Source of the DNA: an uncultured Sulfurimonas sp.
GTDB taxonomy: Bacteria; Campylobacterota; Campylobacteria; Campylobacterales; Sulfurimonadaceae
Assembly: GCA_964646705.1 (NCBI GenBank)
Contig: CAZYEW010000008.1
Location: 1 to 37,258 of the forward strand
DNA length: 37,258 bases
Direction: 5' to 3'
Shown here: positions 8,569 to 17,256 of the stretch, in pieces
Layout: each line of letters opens with the position of its first letter
How positions within the stretch are numbered: position 1 is the first letter of the stretch
Notes under the pieces: generated by a model
Databases searched by the model: none
Told to the model about the DNA's origin: nothing
Seen by the model: the letters and a program-made list of their open reading frames with translations, nothing else
Made by a program: the position numbers and the translations under genes

Positions 8569-9915
8569 ATGGCGAAAAAAATCGGTTTTCTCGAAGCGTT
8601 CAGCATCGGCGTCGGCGGGATGGTCGGCGGCGGCATCTTCGCGGTGCTCGGACTGACGATCGTCCTGGCCAAAGGTGCGGCACCCGTCGCGTTCGCGTTC
8701 GCGGGGCTGATCGCACTGGTAACGGTCTATTCGTACGTCAAACTTTCGTTGCGCTATCCCAGCGAGGGCGGTACCATCGAATTCATCGTACAGGCCTACG
8801 GAAACGGGTTGTTCGCATCGATGGTCAATTCGCTGCTGCTGTTCAGTTACGTCATCATGCTGGCGCTGTATGCGTTCGCGTTCGGCAGTTACGGTTCGGC
8901 ACTGCTGACGGGCACCGACGTCGTCTGGCTGCACAAAGCGCTTGCCGTCGCGGTGATCGTCGTGTTTGCGGGCATCAATTTGATGGGTGCGTTTCTGACG
9001 GGCCGCGCCGAAGACGTGATGGTTTTTTTGAAGCTGGCGATTTTGCTCATATTCGCGGGTGCGGGGATGCAGAGCGTACACTGGGAACACATGTCGCCGC
9101 AGCACTGGGAATCCTATCCTTCCATCGCGGCAGGCGGCCTGATGATCTTTTTGGCCTATGAAGGCTTCGAGCTTATCGCCAACACCGCGCGCGACATTCG
9201 CGACCCTGAAAAAAACCTTCCCCGTGCGTATTATGCGGCGGTCGTTTTCGTGATCGCCCTGTATGTGCTGATCGCGATCGTCGCGGTCGGCAATCTCAGT
9301 TTCGCCGAAGCCGCACGGGCCAAGGATTATGCGCTGGCCGAAGCGGCCGAACCGTTTTTCGGCCATGCAGGCTTCGTGCTGATCTCCGTCGCCGCCTTGC
9401 TTTCGACGGCCTCGGCGATCAACGCCACGCTGTACGGCGGCGGCCGCACGGCCTATCTCGTCGCCAAACTCGGAGAGCTTCCCGAGGCGTTCGAGGCGAA
9501 GGTGCGCAACGGCTACGAAGGGATGATCATTATCGCACTGATGGGAGCGCTGTTCGCGGTATCGTTCGATTTGTCGAATATTTCCGTCGCGGGGAGTTTG
9601 GGGTTTCTGATCGTGTTCGCGCTGGTGAATATCGCCAATTTCCGACTGCATGCGCAAACAGGGGGAAGCCGGTTGATTTCGGGGCTGGGATCGCTGCTGT
9701 GCACGGCGGCGGTGGCGGTACTCATCGGCTACAATGCCGTCCACAAACCCGATTCGCTCATCAGCAGCGCGGTCGTCCTGGGTGCGGTCGTGTCGATCAC
9801 CTTGCTTTATGCGCGTTTCAAAGCGAGCGGCAAAGGGCTGGAGCCCTACATCGACAAACGGCTGGAACGCTCCGAAGCGGCCAAGGAACGTGCCGAACGG
9901 CTGAACAAGGCGTAA
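8569..9915 (+). CDS. APC family amino acid/polyamine permease
   Basis: Start moved to ATG 8569. SIGVGGMVGGGIFA (TM1), FLAYEGFELIAN (TM6), DPEKNLPRA. Confidence 0.9.
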   Translation: MAKKIGFLEAFSIGVGGMVGGGIFAVLGLTIVLAKGAAPVAFAFAGLIALVTVYSYVKLSLRYPSEGGTIEFIVQAYGNGLFASMVNSLLLFSYVIMLALYAFAFGSYGSALLTGTDVVWLHKALAVAVIVVFAGINLMGAFLTGRAEDVMVFLKLAILLIFAGAGMQSVHWEHMSPQHWESYPSIAAGGLMIFLAYEGFELIANTARDIRDPEKNLPRAYYAAVVFVIALYVLIAIVAVGNLSFAEAARAKDYALAEAAEPFFGHAGFVLISVAALLSTASAINATLYGGGRTAYLVAKLGELPEAFEAKVRNGYEGMIIIALMGALFAVSFDLSNISVAGSLGFLIVFALVNIANFRLHAQTGGSRLISGLGSLLCTAAVAVLIGYNAVHKPDSLISSAVVLGAVVSITLLYARFKASGKGLEPYIDKRLERSEAAKERAERLNKA

Positions 9916-9918
9916 GCC

Positions 9919-10386
9919 TTACATATCGAGGTAGTGAATCAGCCCGAAGGTGATTTTGTCGGCGTCCATGATGCGTGTGCCGCCGAATTTTTTGACGAAC
10001 AGTTCGGCACTTGCACGGCTTTTGAACGGAATGAGGTCGTCACCGTGCGGTCCGACGACGCGGCTGCCGAACACGTACCACGCCTTGCGGGCATCGACGG
10101 GCGTACCGTCGAGGTAGTCTTTAACCGTCATATGGCTGATTTCGCGACGGTCCGTTACGGCATATTCGGGATATTTTTCGGGATGAAAATAGAAATTCAT
10201 CATGGCCTTGACCGAGACGAAACGGATATTGCTGCCGTTTTTCAGTGTCAGTTCGGCCGAGAACTTCGGATACTTGCCGATTTCGAGCTGATAGACCGGG
10301 TCGCGGTCGTTGGTCGTGATTTCGGTGACGTCTGCCGCGTTAAGCAGCAGCGCGGCACATAAAAGGGCGAATAGACTTCGTTGCAT
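9919..10386 (-). CDS. NosL-family protein, divergent (lacks CxxCxM and lipobox)
   Basis: Signal peptide plus VKDY...VDARKAWYVFGSRVVGPHGDDLIPF...AELFVKKFGG NosL C-terminal motif. Confidence 0.75.
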   Translation of the reverse strand: MQRSLFALLCAALLLNAADVTEITTNDRDPVYQLEIGKYPKFSAELTLKNGSNIRFVSVKAMMNFYFHPEKYPEYAVTDRREISHMTVKDYLDGTPVDARKAWYVFGSRVVGPHGDDLIPFKSRASAELFVKKFGGTRIMDADKITFGLIHYLDM

Positions 10387-10395
10387 GGTCTCTCC

Positions 10396-11226
10396 TTACA
10401 GCAGGTCGCGTTTGCGAAACGCCCGGTAGCCCAGCAGGCTGAACAGCGCGCCGAGTACGATCGGGTAAATGACGGCGTAGAGCATCAGCAGGGTATGCCC
10501 CAGCGAATCGAGCAGGTAGTAGGCGACAGGACCGATCACGGTCAGTTCGGGATCGAACAGCGCGATCGCGCCGATGCGGAACGCTTCGAGGGGGTTGAGC
10601 ATCGCCAGGGCGATGATGAGTTCATCGGAAAAACGGTTTTGCATCATCAGCCCGATCAGCGCCACATCGATGAAGGCCAGCAGCAAGATCCAGACCGTAA
10701 ACGAAAGCCCAAGCGCGACGTCGTGGGATTTGACGAGGGTCGAAATGAAAAAAGCGATGCCCAAAAAGACCGTACAGATCGAAAAAATCAGTGCCGAGTA
10801 CAGAAAAATCATCGCCCAGGGCATGGGACCGCCTTTGAACAAGCCCCAGGCGACGCCGATGAACAGTGCAAGAATGACCGGCAAAAAGACCGTCAGAAAA
10901 CGTCCGAAAAATTTGCCCCAGTAGTACGACGGCAGCGAGATCGGAAACGAAAGCAGGTACTCCAGCACGTTGCTTTCTCTGTCGGCCGAAATCGATTTGA
11001 CGGTCGTAATCAGAATGAAAATCGGCAAAATGATGATCGTCACCTGCATGAACACGAGCAGCAGGCGGCTGAGCCCCGTAAAACCCATGACGACCGAATC
11101 GGTAATGCCGCTGATGAAAAACAGCCCCATCAGCCCGCCGAAGACGAAGGCGTAGACGTAGAACCATTTGGCCCGCAGGCTTTCACGGATGTCGAGGTAG
11201 CTGACAAGCAGAAGATTCTTGATCAT
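10396..11226 (-). CDS. nosY: NosY-type ABC permease
   Basis: 6 TM, DRESNVLEYLLSFPIS...GKFFGR and LNPLEAFRIGAI; nos cluster context. Confidence 0.88.
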   Translation of the reverse strand: MIKNLLLVSYLDIRESLRAKWFYVYAFVFGGLMGLFFISGITDSVVMGFTGLSRLLLVFMQVTIIILPIFILITTVKSISADRESNVLEYLLSFPISLPSYYWGKFFGRFLTVFLPVILALFIGVAWGLFKGGPMPWAMIFLYSALIFSICTVFLGIAFFISTLVKSHDVALGLSFTVWILLLAFIDVALIGLMMQNRFSDELIIALAMLNPLEAFRIGAIALFDPELTVIGPVAYYLLDSLGHTLLMLYAVIYPIVLGALFSLLGYRAFRKRDLL

Positions 11227-11675
11227 CGTTTTCTTTCATGAATGCGGCGGACGACCTCGTCGAAACCGATCAGCTGCGCATCGCCGGCTTCGCCGGCGTG
11301 TTCGTAGGCGACGAAGCCGAAGCCCATCGGCGTGACGGCACCGGTGCCGTAGAGCGCTTTGCGTGCGTCGATCCATTGGCCGCTTTTGCCGTCGGTGATC
11401 CAGATTTTCGCCCGGTCTTTCCAGGGGATCTTCTCTTCGTCGAACCAGAGCACGGCGCATCCGATATCGTCGAACTTGTAGTGCTTGCGGGTGACGGGAT
11501 CGACGACCTGCACGGCGAATTTGCGGTCGCTGATGGCCATTTTGCAGCGTTCGCACATGTCGCGGTCCCAGTGCATCTTCGCGATGCCGTCGGCCGCTTT
11601 TTTCTCGCAGCCTCCCAAAAAGGCCGTCATTGCCAGTGCGGCCAGAAGCCACGCCAAAACGTTAAATTTTTTCAT
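11223..11675 (-). CDS. nosL: NosL-family copper chaperone lipoprotein
   Basis: Lipobox LGGC, CERCKM, FDDIGC, TPMGFG. Confidence 0.85.
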   Translation of the reverse strand: MKKFNVLAWLLAALAMTAFLGGCEKKAADGIAKMHWDRDMCERCKMAISDRKFAVQVVDPVTRKHYKFDDIGCAVLWFDEEKIPWKDRAKIWITDGKSGQWIDARKALYGTGAVTPMGFGFVAYEHAGEAGDAQLIGFDEVVRRIHERKR

Positions 11676-12309
11676 CTTGTACCACCTTTCCCAAATCCAT
11701 GTAGACCATCCGATTGACCAGCGCCTTGATCTCGTCCATGCGGTGCGTGATAAACAGCGTGCTGCACGGGTAGTCGATGGATTGCAGAAGTTTGTAGAAA
11801 TTTTCCCGTCCTTTTGGGTCGAGATTGGCCGTGGGTTCGTCGAACACGAGCAGCCGGCTGCGTTTGGCCAGCGCGATAGCGATCAGCAGTTTTTGTTTCA
11901 TGCCGCCGGAGAGCTTGAAAAAGGGCTTGGCCATATGGCGGCGGATATCGAGCTCCATGCCTTCGGCTTCGCGGACGATACGCATTTTTGGCGTTCCCGT
12001 GCTCTGCTCGACGTAGCCGAGCAGCTCGTCGATACTCAGTTTCACCGGCGGCGGAAGCTGCGGAATGAAGCCGACGTTTTCGAGTACTTCCACGCGCGAC
12101 GTTACCGGATCTTTCCCTGCGACTCTGATGGAGCCCGCGTCGAGATGATAAAAACCGAGCATCGCCCGCACCAGCGTCGTTTTTCCTGCACCGTTGGGGC
12201 CCATCATGGCGATATGCTCACCCGTTTCGATCGTCAGGCTTACATCGTCGAGCACACGGTTTTTATCGAAGGTCTTGACGACGTTGCTGGCTTCGACGAG
12301 CGCGTTCAA
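11662..12309 (-). CDS. nosF: NosF-type ABC ATP-binding protein
   Basis: Probable TTG start at 12309 overlapping the nosH stop. Walker A GPNGAGKT, signature LSGGMKQ, Walker B LLVFDEP. Confidence 0.88.
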   Translation of the reverse strand: MNALVEASNVVKTFDKNRVLDDVSLTIETGEHIAMMGPNGAGKTTLVRAMLGFYHLDAGSIRVAGKDPVTSRVEVLENVGFIPQLPPPVKLSIDELLGYVEQSTGTPKMRIVREAEGMELDIRRHMAKPFFKLSGGMKQKLLIAIALAKRSRLLVFDEPTANLDPKGRENFYKLLQSIDYPCSTLFITHRMDEIKALVNRMVYMDLGKVVQDEKI

Positions 12310-13220
12310 ATGAGATCCTTCAGCCGGAAAGTAAAGTCGTAGGCGTCGGTGTGGCAGACGTCGAAGCAGCGCCCGCACAGCGTGCAGTCGCCGTTGAGCA
12401 CGACTTGGCGGTGCACGTCCTTTTCCTTGCGGGCTTTGTCGTATTTGGGCTTGATAAATTCGAGGACGTGGTTTTCGAAGCAGGCCGAAAGGCAGGCGCT
12501 GCAGTGGTCGCATTTGTCCATATCCCATTGCACCCTCGTCGCACTGGCCCAGCCGAGCATATTGTAGGTCGTGCCGACGGGGCAGACGTATTTGCACCAG
12601 GCACGGCGGGAGAAAAGGATTTCGAACGCCAAAATCACGACGACCCAGATCAGCGCAAGCGACCAGCCGTAGGTGATAAAACGGCTGATGATGCCGATGG
12701 GGTTGACGACCTCGAAAACCAGGTAGCCGTCGATGAAGGCCAGCAGCAAGAAAAGCCCCCAGAACGCGAAGCGCAGGCGGGGATCGAAACGGCGTTCTTT
12801 GATCAGTTTTTTGCGTAAGAGTTTCATATGGATATGTTCGCCCACTTCGCTGAGCACGCCGTAAGGGCAGGCCCAGGCGCAAAAACTTTTGCCGCCGACG
12901 AGCAGGTAGAACACGGCGATGGTGACGGTTCCGATGATCATGTTCGTGTGCAGCACGTGCGTGGCCGCCACGGTTTCGATCGTCGTGAAGACGTCGATGA
13001 GGTGAAAACCGAGCAGGCGCGAGCCGTTCATGGTTCCTTCAAGCAGCTGGATATCGACGTGATACGACAGGAAAAACGCGATGTTGATGACGATAACGCT
13101 CAGCCAGCGCCAGAACCGCCAGCTCGGCCGGATACCGCCGCCGGGTTTTTTGATGTAGAACGTCGAGAGAAAAGAAGCGTGCAAAATCTCCTTGATGCTC
13201 GACGCGTCGTAGGTGTTCAT
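12306..13220 (-). CDS. nosH: NapH/MauN-family quinol dehydrogenase membrane subunit
   Basis: FCAWACP, WCKYVCP, CDHCSACLSAC and CTLCGRCFDVC; 4 TM. Confidence 0.9.
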   Translation of the reverse strand: MNTYDASSIKEILHASFLSTFYIKKPGGGIRPSWRFWRWLSVIVINIAFFLSYHVDIQLLEGTMNGSRLLGFHLIDVFTTIETVAATHVLHTNMIIGTVTIAVFYLLVGGKSFCAWACPYGVLSEVGEHIHMKLLRKKLIKERRFDPRLRFAFWGLFLLLAFIDGYLVFEVVNPIGIISRFITYGWSLALIWVVVILAFEILFSRRAWCKYVCPVGTTYNMLGWASATRVQWDMDKCDHCSACLSACFENHVLEFIKPKYDKARKEKDVHRQVVLNGDCTLCGRCFDVCHTDAYDFTFRLKDLI

Positions 13221-13229
13221 GCGCGCTCC

Positions 13230-13733
13230 TTATTCGGCTGCGGCTTTGGCGGCGAAGGTGCCGATCTCGTCGCTCAGTGCCTGCATTTGTGTTTCGTCCA
13301 TTTTCGACAGTAGGCCGTACATGACGTAGTTCTTGCGCTTGCCGCTTTTGAAATCGTGCAAGGCCTGTGCCACTTCGGCCGAGGTTTTGCCGACGAGTTT
13401 GGGGCCGATGATGCCTTCGCCGTTGACACCGTGGCACGATGCGCATTTTTGCTTGTAGAGCGGGCTGACTTTGAACGCCATCACGTTGCCGGCGCGCTCA
13501 CGCAGGGCTTTGAGTTTTTTGGCGGCTTCGTCTTCTTGTTTTTTCGTTTCCGCCGGCGCCGCGATCGGTTCGGCGGCCGGCGTGACCTGCTGAACCTTGA
13601 CCGTGACTTCGGACCGGGCGATCACGTTGCGGATCTGGCCCATGCGGTCGGCTTCGCTGTCGAGCCCGAGCATGAAAAAGACGGCCCACAGGGCGAGTGC
13701 GGTAGCGATGGCGGCGATGATATGTCGGATCAT
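13230..13733 (-). CDS. Monoheme cytochrome c (NosC2-like)
   Basis: N-terminal anchor, CASCH, GPKL, distal Met in KNYVM. Confidence 0.88.
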   Translation of the reverse strand: MIRHIIAAIATALALWAVFFMLGLDSEADRMGQIRNVIARSEVTVKVQQVTPAAEPIAAPAETKKQEDEAAKKLKALRERAGNVMAFKVSPLYKQKCASCHGVNGEGIIGPKLVGKTSAEVAQALHDFKSGKRKNYVMYGLLSKMDETQMQALSDEIGTFAAKAAAE

Positions 13734-14290
13734 TTTCTTTCCTCTCTCATTTTGCGGATTTGTCGGTTGAACGCGGCGATTTCCTCGGCGATGCTTTTAA
13801 GTTTGGCGTCGTCGATCTGCATGACGAGTTCTTTCATCAGCACGTTCTTGCGCTTGCCGGTTTTAAAGTCGAGAAGCCGGCCGTAGATGAAATCGGCATC
13901 TTTGTCGAGCAGCGACGGCCCGATGACGCCGTTGGCGTAATCGTCGTGACAGGGAGCGCAGCGTACCGCGAAATCGCGGCTGAGCCGGTTGATCATCATC
14001 GTGATCTTCACGCGCTCATAGGGTGAACGGATGTTCAGATAGGCATCGAGGGTCGTGCGTACTTTTTTCGGTGCGTCTTCGGAGGTTTTCTTTTGATTGT
14101 ACGCATAATAGAACTGGCCGCTGTTTTCTTTGGACGGCCCGTCGTCTTTTTCGACGTTGAGCGCATTTTTCGTGACCTTGATCTGCGGCGTGGCGGTTGT
14201 ATTTTCGGGACGTTCTCGTTTGTCGTCACCGCCGCAGCCGATCAGTACGAACGTCAGTGCGGCGGGGAGAATCCATCGGATATCAGGCAT
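13730..14290 (-). CDS. Monoheme cytochrome c lipoprotein (NosC1-like)
   Basis: Start moved to ATG 14290 (RBS AAGGAGG). Lipobox LIGC, CAPCH, KNVLM. Confidence 0.85.
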   Translation of the reverse strand: MPDIRWILPAALTFVLIGCGGDDKRERPENTTATPQIKVTKNALNVEKDDGPSKENSGQFYYAYNQKKTSEDAPKKVRTTLDAYLNIRSPYERVKITMMINRLSRDFAVRCAPCHDDYANGVIGPSLLDKDADFIYGRLLDFKTGKRKNVLMKELVMQIDDAKLKSIAEEIAAFNRQIRKMREERK

Positions 14291-15080
14291 GGTCGCCTCC
14301 TTCGTTTCGGTAGACCTGCGCATAGGTTTTGCGCGGCACGATTTTGATGACGTCGGCGGGGCAGAGCTCGACACAGGCGCCGCAGCCGTTGCAGGCTTCG
14401 CGGATTTCAGGCAGCATGCCGCCCCCTTTGGCGTCGATCATGCCGATTGCCGCGGAGGGGTCGGGGTGAAACGGGCACATATCCGCACAGATCGTACAGC
14501 TTGCCTCCCCGCGGTGTTTTTCAAGTTTTTGCAGCAGCTGTTTTTGCAAAACGACCTTTTCGGGGTCGTTGTCGCCGAGGTGCACGCGGTGTGTCGCACG
14601 TTCTTCGCTCTCAAGCACGTGCGTGTGTTCGTAGATGCGGTCGATCGCGTCGTCGGGCACGGGCGTGCGTGTCTTGGCGAGGCAGCCTTGGGGGTCGTGG
14701 ACCACGGCGACGCCCATATGGACGAATTCGATGGCGTCGTGCTCGTGGTCGAGGGCTCCGCTGGGACAGGCGAGGATGCACGGAAAGGCTTCGCACAGGT
14801 AGCAGCCGCGTTCCCGCGGTTCGATATAGGCCGTGCCCACGCCCGCACCTCCGTCGGCGTCTTCGAGCTTGATCGCGTCGTAAGGGCAGACCTGAAGGCA
14901 CTGCCCGCATTTGATGCACAGTCCCAGAAATTCTTCTTCATCCACCGCGCCGGGCGGGCGCAGACGGGGACGCTTGGGTTTGAGATAGGGACCGGCGGCG
15001 ATGCCGCCGGCCGCAACAAGGCCCAGCACGCCGAGGCCGGCGAGTTGCTGCATAAACTGGCGTCGTTTTTTTTCTGTCAT
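14283..15080 (-). CDS. nosG: NapG/MauM-family periplasmic polyferredoxin
   Basis: Start moved to ATG 15080. Tat motif RRQFM, LRPPGA, CIKCGQCLQVCP, CYLC..PCILACP, CTICADMCP, CNGCGACVELCP. Confidence 0.9.
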   Translation of the reverse strand: MTEKKRRQFMQQLAGLGVLGLVAAGGIAAGPYLKPKRPRLRPPGAVDEEEFLGLCIKCGQCLQVCPYDAIKLEDADGGAGVGTAYIEPRERGCYLCEAFPCILACPSGALDHEHDAIEFVHMGVAVVHDPQGCLAKTRTPVPDDAIDRIYEHTHVLESEERATHRVHLGDNDPEKVVLQKQLLQKLEKHRGEASCTICADMCPFHPDPSAAIGMIDAKGGGMLPEIREACNGCGACVELCPADVIKIVPRKTYAQVYRNEGGDHA

Positions 15081-16318
15081 AGGGCATACCTTTGTTCGAG
15101 TTCGGATGCATCGAGCATCGGCCGCGGATCTTCGAGCATTTTCACCGGCTGTGAGAGCGGGGCGAGTCTGGCAAGGAAGTTCATGATCGAAATCAGCGGC
15201 GAAGCGTAGAAAAACCGGATATTGGGATTGAGCATCCACATCCGGTCGGCATAGTAGTAAAGGCTGTAGGGCGTATCGCCGATGCCGTCGCCGTCGCGGT
15301 CGAAACCTTCGTAGTCATCCCAGTAGTTGCCGCTCCAGCGATTCTGCGCGGCGTGCGGATGGACCGATTCGTCGTCGACGACGTTGTCGATGTTGCCTTT
15401 GAAGATATTCCCGGTGATGTTGTTGGCGACACTGAGCGAATGAAAGTGGATACCTTCGGTATTGTAAAGAATTCGATTGCCTTCGATGGTGTTGTTCTGG
15501 TCGGGCTGAAACGGCGACCGATCAAGGTAGAGGCCGCGCGCGCAGTAGATAAGGGTATTGTTTTTCAGCGTGAAATTGCTGGCATCTTTGAGCCCGATGC
15601 CCATGCCTGTCGTTCCCAGCGAACTTTTGACGACATTGCCGATTGCGACGGAGTCGCGCGAGTACATAAAGAAAATGCCCACCGAGTTGTGTTCGTAGGT
15701 ATTGTCGTAGATTTCGTTGCGTCCGGCATACATGAAATGCAGCGAATAGCGGCTGTATTCGCCGAAATTGTGGGCAATGAGGTTGCCGTGCGAATACCAC
15801 ACGACGAAGTCGCGCGAATGGGTGACGTGGTTGTAGCTGACGTTGTTGTCGGTGCTGTACCACAACCGTACAGCGTCGCCGCGAAGGCCCAGCGGCAGGG
15901 GCTTCGAACGGATCCAGTTGCGGGTGATCGCCGAATGTCTGATCTGCTGCAGATCGATACCGAACAGCGTGTCGTCGATACGGCAGCGGTCGATGGTGAC
16001 GTGCGAGGCGTTTTTGGCCGCAATACCGGCATCGATGCTTTCGTGCTCGCTTCCGCTGTGCGTTACGGTGAGGTTTCGCAAGGTCACGTAGTCGCTTTTG
16101 ATCGTGATGACGGTTCCTTTGCCTTCGCCGACGATGTGGGCCTTTTGGCTTTCACCTTCGATTATCAGGGGCTTGTCGATCACGATGTTGCCGTGATATT
16201 CACCCGCGGGAAGTTCGAGTTTTGAACCGGCGTCGGCACGGTCGATCGCGTCTTGCAGCGGATTGGCCGCGAACAGTGTCGCCGAGCACATGATACAGGC
16301 CGCCATCGTTTTTACCAT
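15077..16318 (-). CDS. nosD: Nitrous oxide reductase maturation protein NosD
   Basis: Start moved to ATG 16318. Beta-helix repeats, RYSLHFMY, GNYWDDYEGFDRDGDGIGDTPY. Confidence 0.93.
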   Translation of the reverse strand: MVKTMAACIMCSATLFAANPLQDAIDRADAGSKLELPAGEYHGNIVIDKPLIIEGESQKAHIVGEGKGTVITIKSDYVTLRNLTVTHSGSEHESIDAGIAAKNASHVTIDRCRIDDTLFGIDLQQIRHSAITRNWIRSKPLPLGLRGDAVRLWYSTDNNVSYNHVTHSRDFVVWYSHGNLIAHNFGEYSRYSLHFMYAGRNEIYDNTYEHNSVGIFFMYSRDSVAIGNVVKSSLGTTGMGIGLKDASNFTLKNNTLIYCARGLYLDRSPFQPDQNNTIEGNRILYNTEGIHFHSLSVANNITGNIFKGNIDNVVDDESVHPHAAQNRWSGNYWDDYEGFDRDGDGIGDTPYSLYYYADRMWMLNPNIRFFYASPLISIMNFLARLAPLSQPVKMLEDPRPMLDASELEQRYAL

Positions 16319-16325
16319 CGTCTTT

Positions 16326-17111
16326 TTACGCTGCTTTCGACAGGCGTCGTGCTTTGCGCTTGGCCATGATGGCAAGCAGGCTCAAAAAGGCGATCGCCAG
16401 CAGCAGCCAGAACCCGAGCGTGGGGTAGGAGTGCGTCGTAAACTGCGCGACTTTCCCGTCGCCGAAGACCGTCGGGGTGAACGGTTTGATTTTGAACGCC
16501 CCCCATGCGTGCATGTGGTGGCCGAACCAGTAGAGCCAGTAGGCGTAGAAGCCGAGGAAAATCAGGGGCAAAAAGACGGGAATGAGCATCAGGTAATCAA
16601 GAATCTTCGCGTCGTAGAGCATATAGAAGACCATCAGCAGTGCTACGAAGACGAGGGCATACGGGGCGAGCGCGCGCAGGTAGGGAGCACCGCGTTCCAT
16701 CGGATCCATGCCGATGTAGTGGTTGATGGTGTTCATTTCGTGCACGTCGCCGCTGAAACCGTCGAAATGGTAGAAGACGGGAATGCCTTCGGGAAACGTC
16801 TCTTTGGGATAGTTGGGCGCTTCGAGTGCGACGTACCATACCGGTGCGCTGACGACGGAGAGCTCGGCGTCTTCGTCGATCATTTTTTTCAGGTCCCCGA
16901 CGGCCTCTTTGGGGGCCGAGGGGCTGACGTAGCGTCCTTTGGCGTAGTGGTTCCATACTTTGTAGGAAAGTGCGGGGATCTTGTCGGCTTTGCCCTCGCG
17001 GGCAAGTTCGACGACGTCGTGGGTGAACACGGCGGGAACGACGAACCAGTACAGCAAAATCCCCAACGCGATCAGGGTGAAGATGCGGGCTTTGGTCAAG
17101 GAACTTTTCAC
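16326..17111 (-). CDS. nosB: Clade II nos membrane protein NosB
   Basis: GTG start 17111 with RBS AAGGAG. LEAPNYP...PEGI, EMNTINHYIGM, WFGH motifs; lies between nosZ and nosD. Confidence 0.85.
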   Translation of the reverse strand: MKSSLTKARIFTLIALGILLYWFVVPAVFTHDVVELAREGKADKIPALSYKVWNHYAKGRYVSPSAPKEAVGDLKKMIDEDAELSVVSAPVWYVALEAPNYPKETFPEGIPVFYHFDGFSGDVHEMNTINHYIGMDPMERGAPYLRALAPYALVFVALLMVFYMLYDAKILDYLMLIPVFLPLIFLGFYAYWLYWFGHHMHAWGAFKIKPFTPTVFGDGKVAQFTTHSYPTLGFWLLLAIAFLSLLAIMAKRKARRLSKAA

Positions 17112-17166
17112 GGGTTTTCTCCTTGTATGCCGCGGTTGAATCAAACGGCAGACGATAATATCAATG

Positions 17167-17208
17167 ATTATAGCTTATTGCGGGACGAGGCAGGTTGATT
17201 TACGTCAA
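17167..17208 (-). promoter_or_regulatory. Internal nosB promoter: box TTGAT-TTAC-GTCAA (17195-17208) plus -10 TATAAT (17172-17167)
   Basis: Box centre 17201.5 is 29.5 nt from the first base of a perfect -10. Confidence 0.8.
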
Positions 17209-17211
17209 AAG

Positions 17212-17246
17212 CGAAGAAAGAATCGGACCGGCGCCCGAAGGCGCGG
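17212..17246 (-). terminator. Putative terminator or stabilising hairpin after nosZ
   Basis: Minus-strand GCGCC-UUCG-GGCGC stem (17244-17231), extendable, followed by an interrupted U-rich tract (UUCUUUCUUCGCUUUU). Confidence 0.5.
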
Positions 17247-17256
17247 CGAAAGCGGA

